A stretch of DNA of 60,178 nt, filler included, from Sphacelaria rigidula (taxonomy: Eukaryota), in assembly GCA_964200075.2 (NCBI GenBank). It is 5 parts of 5 records of this genome, joined end to end, with 100 filler letters (N's around TTAATTAATTAA, not from the genome) between each part and the next. Parts side by side here need not be neighbours in the genome. Positions count along the whole stretch, not along the records: positions 48,225 to 60,178 come from CAXNAA020004294.1; 4 more parts are not named here. One strand, written 5' to 3'. The notes below the pieces were generated by a model that worked only from the letters and a program-made list of their open reading frames with translations, was not told the DNA's origin and made no database searches. Shown piece by piece: positions 50,293 through 60,178 of the stretch. How positions within the stretch are numbered: position 1 is the stretch's first letter; every line of letters begins with the position of its first letter. The position numbers were made by a program, and so were the translations under genes.

Positions 50293-52202
50293 CCCTACTG
50301 CCCCTGCAGTGAATATCTCTCTCAAACCCTTTGCGTCCGAAGGATAATACAGCCGCAGTTGCTGAGCGTCACCATGATGCCAATGTGCCGCCGAAGACTT
50401 GAAAATGTGGATCACGATAGGTCCTCTCACACAATGGAGTCCTGTTTTTCTATACGCGACCTATTTTATATTCCCGTGGTCATCACTCTTACATGCGCGC
50501 ACGTCATTCACCGTCGTGAGACGGCAAAAAAAAATCAGAGCGAGTAGAACCGCTTGGTAGCGAGGAAGAAGCACCCGTTGTGCAGTTGTTCAGTTTTCGA
50601 CCTGTATTTGGTAGACTGGACGCGGCTATCCCTCGACACCCTGCACCACTGCGGGAACGCTGCAGCGGCCAGTTTTCGGTTAAGAGCTTTTTTAAATTTT
50701 ACAGCTCGTGTCCGTTTTTCACCATTAAATCCTTGCAATATGTGAAGTAATCTATACACCAACCTTAATATCTCGGTGATACATGCATCTCACGAAACAA
50801 GAAATACGTCATGCGCGCCTCTCCGGACTCTCGGCTCGCCGGTGTCCCCCCACAATCATATGGTGAGTCACGGTCAAGCACTCTGAACAGACCCCAAACA
50901 CCACACATGACAACTTCACTGGCAGCAGAATCTCTCCACATCCCTTCCACTCCCACACCCAACCGTGCCCCCTTACTCGTTGAGCAGATAAGTCTCGATA
51001 GCCCGACAGTCTTTTCAAGAACTCAAGACAAAAATAGACCAAGGGGAAACCCCGAGATGAACAAATGAAACACCACAAATGAACGCCCTCTACATCAGCT
51101 TCCTCTCGATCTCCGGGTGTAAAAGTCTCTACAACACACGATAGATGTGAATACAAAACACGACATTGGTGTGACTACAACAAAAAGGTGACGACTCTTC
51201 CCGTTGTCTACCAGAAAACGCAGTACAGATGGTGCACGTTCGACGTATGCTCGCGTGTGCAAGCGTACGCAGGATCTACTTGGTATCGAGCAAGTAGAAT
51301 ATGGTCAATATTTCAACCTCTCGAAAGAGGGGGCCTAGCCGTTCAGACTGGGATCTCAAGGGCGACGCAGTTGGACACAAGACACGCAGCCACAAAGCAA
51401 ATCGAACAGAGATGATAATTTCCCGCTAATTCCAGTGCCACTAGCATGACCTCCCGCATCGCCACCACAATATCGAACACCACACATAGAACCCCACCCG
51501 AGACCTGACATCCAGCGTCACACCCCATGTACACTCTCCCCTATAAGATTATGCCTCATCCCGTGAGGTAAAACATACACTCTATCGCACGCCGTTCGCG
51601 CATCTTTCCGAAGCCGGCCGTAAAACCTCCTCAGACTACGTCCCATACGAACACGGCCCCATTGCAAAACAGTCGGCCTCGCGAAGTACACTGTACTGTA
51701 ACTTTCGAACCAGCACATACCACGCACCATGGAGCATGCGGCAATCGAAACGAGCACCTGGTGTTCCTTCTCGACGAATAACCGACGCAGGCACGATCTT
51801 CGCACATGAACCGTTATTGTAACGTGGTGGGTTGTTACGACCTCCCCTCCCGTCCTCAATGGTGCGCCCATACCCCCCCCCTACGGTCGGCCTACATGCG
51901 TCCGCATGGCAACGACTGCCGACACCGATCAAACAATAAGCACATCCTCTTTTTTCTCTTTTGATACTCATTAGTTTCAATGCATCCGCTCTCATCACCT
52001 CCGTCGACTCCAACGCACGCCCCCCTTCCCTAAGTATTACCAAACATGCTGTCTCAGCTGCGATGCTATGCTGCCGTCAACCGAAAACTGTGCTGCTCAT
52101 CATCACGTCTGCGCTCGGCCTTCTACCCAACCATGCAGAAAAGACAATTCTCACTCGACTTCAGATGCCGTCGTCGGCGCCGCCGCTCTCATCCTTAGTC
52201 GC

Positions 52203-55200
52203 CTATTCACTACCCTCGACTTCCCCCGCGCCTGCCGAAACAGATGCCGGCCCTGCGGACGCTTCCGCCCCGTCAGCGACAGGAGCGGGAGAGGTAGTGG
52301 CGGCAGTAGCCATAGGCGGCACGTTTTCAGTGCAATTGACTTTCTTCACCACCAGAGGAGGTGCCATGCCGTGTGTTGTGTCCTTATCTTCCATTCGTTC
52401 GGCGGAATCTGCTGCCTCCGCAGCTTGGGTCGATTGCTTGGCGGGATTGGACTGTTGTAGGATGGAGACGGGTTCGGGAGGTTGCAGAGGGGGGCGTCTG
52501 TGGCTGGGACGCGTCTCATCATGAGAAGTGTCCTAAAGTTTGTAAATACAAGAAATGGGATGGTTCGTTGATGTACCAACCTCACATGAACGTTTGGGCA
52601 TATTTCTCTTCGTACGATATTTCCTACATATCAGTTGTGGCTTGATCGGCGAGTTCTACGGTATGCATCCAAAGCTTACTCACAGTTACTCGATCGAACT
52701 AAACTGAGAGCATGCACAGCACGATCTACACTCGGACGCTCAGCAGAACGGGGGCACGCAACGCGGGCGAACCACGGCAGAAGTATCAACGCCACAGCAC
52801 TTCGAATGCGCGGCAGGCTTCCCGCACAGTATGCAAGGTGATACACACATGAGCCAGTGACCGTTTTTGCAACCCAAAGGACATGCTTGATAGTGAGCTA
52901 GGTCTGCAGCTGACCTCAGACGTTAGAGAGGGAGGCAAGAACGTACCCCAGTGGCCTTTTGAATTTGTTGGTGCACGGCGACGCCATCGAACATCATGTC
53001 CAGTTCCTCTAGCTTGCCGTCCTCAGCGAAACGAGCCCGCAGCATACCGCTAGCCTCAACCTCCAGTGCAGACCCATATCGCCTTGTGTAAGGACAAGAC
53101 GAAAGACATGGGAAGGGGTGTAACATACAAGCAAGACACACCGCCAGAAAAAGCGCGGAAATAGCTGACTCAAGGTGACAAACATTCACGATGCACGGTT
53201 GATGATGGCGAATTAAATGGGTTGTACAAGTACAGCGAGCACCAAAGCGGCCGTGAAAACAAAGCGAGACGTAAGGACACAGCATAAAATATTGGAACGG
53301 TAGAAGAGTAAGCAGAGACAGGACATGAACACAGAGAGACGGGGACGACGACGACGACGACGCTAAAACTCTCTAGAGAAAGGAACGAAAGTATATTCGC
53401 GCTAAGCTTCATAGTATTTCATCGGGAGGCGTTCCCACGCCCTGGATTGACCATTCCCACCTGGCATCTATTGTGCGCATGCTGAGCATAGACATGATCC
53501 CATCAGGGCCCGAAAACAGAAAGTCTCCAGTTCCCAAGAAGCACTTGAGGTGCACGCGGTCTTCCCCCTCTGCCCCAGCACCACCTTTCGTTTTTGTGGG
53601 AACGCCGGCCTTTGCGCGGCATTTCCTCGCCATATCCGTACACATGGCCTGCGCGTAAAGAAAAACACAGGCCAGTACAGAAACGCACAGCTTGGGTCAT
53701 GCCGGCACACCATGACTTGGGACACGTTTCCGCAGCACAGCTCAGACTATCTCCGATGGGAGTCACATCGTTTGTCTTGCCAAGCGGTGACGTGTGCCGG
53801 CCAGTAGAGACAGAGAGATACGGGGAACGTTTTGTTTCAGCGGGAAAACTATGAGCACTTGTTCCGACTTCGACGACAGCGGTCACGATAAGGATGGGAT
53901 ACAGTGCCTACATTGCATAGGCAAACAAATATGTTGAATTGAGCACATGGATGAACGCACACACCAATCATAATATTTGCAGTTAACAACATCATTGAAC
54001 CACCTTTCATGAAATCAAATCGCTCTAGACAGCAACTGTACCAAAACTCATGAGCCACATGAAGCATATATGCCACGATATCACAACACGCTTTGCACGC
54101 ACACAATGCAGTACAAAAACTGCCAAGGATCATGACGATAAGCCACACACCGAACATGGTGCTCCTAAGGACATTATCCATCAGATATGTTTCAACAACT
54201 GAGTGAGCCTGGCGGAGAAGCACGCGCCTTCAAGGACGAGACGTCTGATACCATGCCCTCCATCCCGAGGAGCACTCGGCGGTGCTCCACAATATCGGCG
54301 GGGTCGTATGGGCGATAGGGGGTGAGCGGCAGCGTGAAGCGGAAGCTCTCCGACAGCAACTGTGGAATGGCAACGTTGACGTACAGAGAGAAAACGAGGC
54401 AATGAAGGACAAAAATGCCAGTGGCCCATGCCACAAGGCGAGTGAGCATTCAGGGCGTATATGTCGAGTACTACATTGGTGACCATGGAGAAACTGAGTG
54501 GTACTTCTCCCGGCAAAGGCACATCTGTCGCCGCCGCAATAATATTCTTCGGTTAACAAGAACTGTTAACCGCGATGCACTCGCGGGTATATTACCCGCA
54601 GGAGGATGTATATCTGAATAATCTGTTCGAAGGGTGAAGCCGCTTTTCGGAACAATATCACCGGTAGCCTCGACGCTACAGCTGAGTAGATCCTCTTTGT
54701 CTGCAAGCACATCACTATTCCTAATGTCAACAGCACAGCGCGTGCACTCCGTGGCTCTCCATCTCCGAATGACGTAGTACTATCGTTGTCCAACCAAAAG
54801 CAGCTGTTTCTCACGTATTTCCAGTGGTGGGTACCGAGAGTTATGCGACGCGAATCAACTCGCAAAAAAAGTAAATCGTAGTGCCATGCAACGGACTAGA
54901 GAGGACTGCTTAATTTGACGTCAAGCGATGACAATGTTTTTCCTTGAATCTCTCACTTCCTTCTCGACAACGAAGGCACTGTGCGTAGGGGGGGGAGAAG
55001 GCAAGGTTGCTGCGCCCTGCTGCCCCCTGCTGGCAGGGTGCCTATTGTATGCTCCTCCAACCTTGCACAGGGCTGGCGCGTTCACGTCAGTACGGATTAC
55101 TTCCACGGTCTGGCCGGTGCCGAGCAATCCTATTCTTGATTCGATGCAAGCCACTATCTGTGCGACGCATACATGCTGTACGATTCACTCCGGGCCCGCG

Positions 55201-55472
55201 ACCGTCAGATCACTCTACCCTCCATCCTCGTATGTCGCAAGCTGTTGAAAGTCGTCACAGCGAAGTTTCCAATCGTGTGTTTCTTGCAATTTTATTTTAT
55301 GAGCTGTTCTCGCTGCTATTGTTGTTTGTGTTGGTGTCACCTCCTTCCACTTGTCCTCTTCGGTGACACCCTCACAGCGCAGGTCCATGACCTTGGTCAG
55401 TGTCCCTTCCCATTTAGCGACCTGAGCATCCTCCGCCTTCTCCGCGTCTTCCCTTAGCCGCTCGACGGCGGC
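52203..55472 (-). CDS. Partial spliced gene with a conserved-looking uncharacterised domain (LPxTPYR ... GMLRAxF ... FD ... QQ)
   Basis: Phase-compatible exons 54228-54359 (LLSESFRFTLPLTPYRPYDPADIVEHRRVLLGMEGMVSDVSSLK), 53461-53648, 52947-53082 (RYGSALEVEASGMLRARFAEDGKLEELDMMFDGVAVHQQIQKATG) and 52203-52451 (to stop); less certain coiled-coil exon starting at 55472 (AAVERLREDAEKAEDAQ). Confidence 0.7.
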
Positions 55473-55668
55473 CTGGATGGGCATTAGGATACAAACCGGA
55501 ATTGAGGGATCTTCCCACGCTACATACTGCACGCGAATAGGAGTCGTGCGAACTCCCTGCAAACGCCGCTCCAAGAGTAGTATGCATGCATGCACCAAGA
55601 GCAGCAGCACACACTACCGTGCACGTAGCACAGCACAGGCAGAGAGCCCTGCAGAATACGCGCAAGTA

Positions 55669-55777
55669 CACGGGTGGCCACTGGGGTGCCTGTAACCTCA
55701 AATTTGGACGTGAAAGACGTTGCATAAGGTCGTAACGTCCAAATTTGAGGTTACAGGCACCCCAGTGGCCACCAGTG
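55669..55777. mobile_element. 109-bp palindromic MITE, second copy
   Basis: Same arms as 28945-29053; TA on both flanks. Confidence 0.85.
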
Positions 55778-55780
55778 TAG

Positions 55781-56308
55781 AACACGGGATCTTACAAATT
55801 GGGGATGGGTCATTTATTGGGGATGGAAACCCGGAGGATTAAAATCTTCGTATCCGAACCAAATATTCGAAGTATGGTTTCATTTCTTCACCTACTGATA
55901 GCTATTGATAACTGCTACACGCCTTAGAAGTTTGGATTTTGAACACCGAAATGTTTGGGTCCTAGTTCAAAAAACAGTTTTGTGGAATTCCGGGTGTCCG
56001 AGCGGACGCCAAAATGGGTCCGAAATGTTTTTTTTCACCTAGGACCCCAACATTTCGGTGATCGAAATCCAAATTCCTATGGCGTGCATACCCTGGACAA
56101 TAGAATACACGGTCAAAAAATGTACTGCGTACAGTATGGAATCTATCGTCTATTAGGGTATGATGGCGTGTAGCAGTTGTCAATAGCTATCAGCAGGTGG
56201 AAAAATGAAACCATATTTCGAATATATGGTGCGGATACGAAGATTTTAATCCTCCGGGTTTCTCATCCCCAAAAGATGATCCATCCCCAATATGTAAGAT
56301 CCCGTGTT
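55781..56308. mobile_element. MITE with ~140-bp TIRs
   Basis: aacacgggatcttaca...ctgctacacgcc and ggcgtgtagcag...tgtaagatcccgtgtt; GTAG on both flanks (55777-55780, 56309-56312); second internal inverted repeat. Confidence 0.85.
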
Positions 56309-57533
56309 GTAGGGGAATGCTCATTACCCACAGTGAATTGCTTCGGCAACGGACATGACAACGACCAGTATTTCGCGCCAAATGTCCTACCGCCTCACTG
56401 CAGCCTCCACCTCTGGTACTCTCTAGTGAGAGCGTTGGGCTCTATTTCCATGAATCCGAATGGTCGCCGGCGGCATCGGATACAATGGGGTTGTCATTTT
56501 TTTTTTTTGGTATCACGTTTGTGTTGATTTATTTCTCTGGGACCTATTTTATTTTTCTTGGCCACACACATGCCACACCTTGCCACATGCGAGCAGTACC
56601 GGTAAACAGCGTAGCTCAACACGGAAGCAATCAAAATTAAGATGTAGTATTGCTCGCCCCGATTTGCAGACTGCAGGCATGCAAGAACTACACCAGGGGA
56701 CAAGCCATGTACGCGCGGTAAGTGTGTTTGCCCTTGAAATGCATAGCAAAACACCACTGAACATGCAGAGACAAGCAGCCAAAAGACAGGAATTTTCATG
56801 ACTTCCAAGTGTCACTAGACACCTGGATGATTGACAACACATACATTTCACACGGGACAGCGGACGGCGGAAGAGTGAGGGTAGCTCACATCCCTGAAGA
56901 AATCAAGCTTCAGAAGTTGTCGAGCTTGGGATATAGTTTGCACGTCATCACGGGAGGAATCGGCAAGCATAAGGCTCAATTTCGGGCACTCTGATGAGTT
57001 TACTTACCGCAGTTCTAGTAAGGGTCCAGAGTACAGTACTACAATTTTACGACTGGTGCATCTTGGTGCAACCATAACGCCTTGTTCCCTCACCAGCATG
57101 CGAGCAGCAACGTACCTTTGGCATTGGCCGCAACGCGTGCGGAAACGCAATGTGCGCAAGTATCGCTTGCGTGCTGCAGCTTCAATTCTGGTTTTCCCGC
57201 CCGACTTCGCTCGTCACGACCATGAACTGCGGCGATCAGGTTGTCAGATTTGTACTGTATCACCAGCATCCGAGGTCAAGCTACTACGACCACACGTCCG
57301 TGGAACTTCAACCAGTTGCTCTACAGTCAACATTGCACCGGCGCACGGCTCTCTCTGCCTCTGATGCATGTACGCATGACTTCTGTCATGATCTTGATCT
57401 TTGACCCAGTAGGAGGAGTCGACTTGCTTGTGCGGTCGGCTTTCAAATTTGTACATAAATATAGCCCTGCGCACAGGGCAGGTGTGAAGGGGGTAGCATT
57501 TTTCCTAAAAAGCCAACCACCCCAAACGTAAGA

Positions 57534-57979
57534 CCAACTCTAATGGGAGCCATTCAAAGCTCCTGTTGAAAACTGCCCTTTGAGCCTTTCTCCGTCGTTT
57601 TACGCCCAAAAAGAGAGCTTGGCAGATGTTGACGCCATGGAATGAATTGCTCTACTCGTTGAGACCATTCCAGGACAACCTTGCGATTCCTGCTGACCGC
57701 AGTTTTATTTTTGCCCCCAAACTTGCATTTCAGTGACAAACGGTCAGGTGATCAACATACTGGCAGTTTTCCCCTGCTTTTTCATTAATCAACCGTTTGC
57801 ATTTGAAAATGCAAGTTTGAGCAAAAACGCAAAGCTATTTCGGAGTGGTCTCGACGAATAGAGTAAGTCATTCCAAGGCGTGAACACCCGCCTAGCTCTC
57901 TCTTCGAACGTCAAACGAAGGAGAAGGGCCCAAAACGCGTTTTTCGATAGGAGTTTTGAACGGCTCCCGATAGAGTTGG
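57534..57979. mobile_element. Foldback-type element with ~190-bp diverged arms
   Basis: ccaactctaatgggagccattcaaagctcct... versus ...aggagttttgaacggctcccgatagagttgg; one arm also resembles ~8155-8325 in contig 1. Confidence 0.75.
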
Positions 57980-59745
57980 CCCAAGTGCTCACAAAAAAGT
58001 GGCAACGCCAACTGGCAGTACTCTCGGCCTCTGCCAGCCCATCTGTTGGCTACGTGCATTCCCTATTTCAGCACAACCTCTCCCTACACGGCATACTAAA
58101 TCCAATACATCGATACAAGCACAATACGCTGTTGATGGCACCTGTACATGACTTCGCTCTTATTTTTCGTGTCTCATGCTATCTTCAGGAGTTACCCTCA
58201 CATTGCGACGACTCCTTCGCATGGCGATGATATTTTTCAATTACTTCTTCTCCCGGATCGTTTGCAGTTTGAAAAATGACGCAACCTCCAAGGGATCTTT
58301 TTCCTCATGGATGAAACTATCACGACTCCACCTTGAAGTCGCCGAATCATTGTGAGCGAACCTGCAAGGGCATGTCAGACCTTCTTCGAGGCATCCGCGT
58401 GATCTCTTCCCACATAAATTATCCTGACCCCTCCTTGAATTCACTGAATAAGCTCTCCAGCGAACGCTTGACTGGGCATGTCAGAGTTATCTTCCAAAGT
58501 ATGAACCTCTCTTCTCATAGAGAGTACGTCCTTGTGACGAGAAGAGACTTGTACAGGTAACCTATTTTACCGGCTGACGGTGAGGATGTACATCATTTTT
58601 CACATATCTTGCACGTGCTTTGGGTCCCCAAGCCGACAATCTCCACAAAACTCCTTCCCGTGAGTCCGTCGACTCTACTCCGCAGTCACTCACCAGTTGT
58701 CTGGTCGCCCACCACTCTTACTATGATATTATAATCTTTACCAACAATATATCATCTTATTTTTTCAAATTATTGTTCTTGTTATTGTTATCATTACTGT
58801 CAATAGTATTACTATCATCATGTCCGTTACATTAGCTCGATCTCTCCAACCTGTGATCACAGTGCAAAGAGCATATCATCCACACCCATGAATCAAACAG
58901 CCAACAGAGGAAGACGAGAAACAAAACATTGAAAAGGCACCTGCACTACGAAATATCTGTTAAAGCTCAATTGAACTACAAGAGACCTACTGGAAGCTAA
59001 AAAGTCCCGGCGTGCGACCTTTCCGACTACGTTGCCACGTACTGGTGTCTACATAGTGTAGCAACAGCGAGTAAGCCAATGATCGAAATGTCACAGAACG
59101 GGGACCAATCCCAAAACAGATCTACTGTTCAGAGTGTTGTTCAAAGAGATCCTCTACAGAGCCTGCGCACTGGAGAGTGAACAAGGTCAGAGAGGAGGAT
59201 CCAAAAAAGACGAAAAGATCAGAGAACGGAGAGCCGATGGCAACGGGGAGGGAAAACGAGAAAATATGTTTTTCCTTGAGTTCTAGCCAAGTATCATCGT
59301 CATAAAAACACAACAGACAGAGCGTGTCTAGCCTACACACGACATGGCGTTATCAGCAGGAAACGGAATCTATTTTGAGTGTGTTACATTCCATCATGAC
59401 ATGGGATACCAACTGTACGTAGTGACCACAACAAAACAAATATCTCAAAATCCGACTGAAAAATAGTATCCCGCCCCCCAACGAAATTCGCCGCTTTGCT
59501 CTGCTCTTCTCCGCTGCAGGGTCCCCCTTCGTTGTGAGGTCAACCTCTTCACGCTACGATCAGTCTTCACCAGCGCCAATGGCTAAACGCAACCGCCCAC
59601 CCTTGCCAGTGTCCATGGCCCCGCATGTTCTCGTCGTCGCTCGTAGTCAGTGTTCCCTCTGCTTCCTTTCGTGCCAACACTTTCATGCATCGGACGAGTC
59701 TTTACTCGACGAAACGAATGCACTCGTGGATGTTTATCGGAAACA

Positions 59746-59979
59746 CAACGAGCATGACTCGTGTGCTCGAGTCAATCATTTTTCTTCACAACGAGCAATG
59801 ACTCATTTGCTCGAGTCATTCGCTTTTTCAACAACGAGCAATGACTCGTGTGCTCGAGTCACTCAATTTTTTCACAACGAGCAATGACTCGTGTGCTCGA
59901 GTCATTCATTTTGTCATCATGAACCAATGACTCGTGTGCTCGAGTCATTCGTTTTCCACAACGAGCAATGACTCGAGTC
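59746..59979. repeat. Tandem array of ~42-bp units with a palindromic core
   Basis: About 5.5 copies of caacgagcaATGACTCGtgtgctCGAGTCATtcatttttca. Confidence 0.9.
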
Positions 59980-60178
59980 CTCGCCCTGTCAATATACTAC
60001 TTGAGAGATACTCTCCGCCGCTTGAGGAGAACTTTTCAAGGGCACGTCGAGTAGAACTCTGATCCGTGTGTGTATGTGTGTGTGTGCGGGAGGGGGGGGG
60101 GGGGGGGCTTGGAAAAAGTAAAAACGGGTTTTTGGAGCTTGACGCTTGTACCAGTGCAGATTTGACTGTTTTGCCCGC

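Noticed and set aside
59746-59979. CRISPR-like array of palindromic repeats
   Set aside because: Linkers are only ~12 nt, similar to one another and T-rich rather than unique spacers; no cas genes; eukaryotic context.

Overview
Eukaryotic, intron-rich genomic DNA; splice signals, gene families and repeat types suggest a stramenopile, probably a brown alga (inference). The window is not contiguous. It is five contigs of 11956, 11956, 11956, 11956 and 11954 bp (1-11956, 12057-24012, 24113-36068, 36169-48124, 48225-60178) joined by 100-bp N44-TTAATTAATTAA-N44 linkers, apparently a size-sorted concatenation, so synteny across linkers should not be assumed. Most short ORFs in the track are artefacts; the real genes are spliced. 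Contig 1 holds the 3' part of a minus-strand multi-exon gene (kinase subdomain XI-like end, then a long coiled coil). Contig 2 holds the most notable feature: a minus-strand gene built from 13 separate 105-nt, phase 1-1 exons, each encoding one distinct 35-aa six-cysteine module (C-x5-C-x11-C-x3-C-x4-CC) with a variable RGD/RGN/RGE/VGD/LGD/LGE loop, plus a divergent 14th module with a charged tail; its introns record mosaic duplication, loss of an exon and a MITE insertion at an acceptor. Contig 3 holds a beta-propeller/Pro-Thr stalk/TM surface protein exon, a tRNA-derived SINE with a nested MITE, a hAT remnant and a frameshifted copia-like gag without visible pol. Contig 4 holds a large disordered-protein gene with a 4.7-kb terminal exon containing ~109-aa tandem repeats. 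Contig 5 holds a spliced gene with a conserved-looking domain, several MITE/foldback elements and a ~42-bp palindromic tandem array. No rRNA, intact tRNA or CRISPR array was seen. All exon models were read by eye and lack transcript support.
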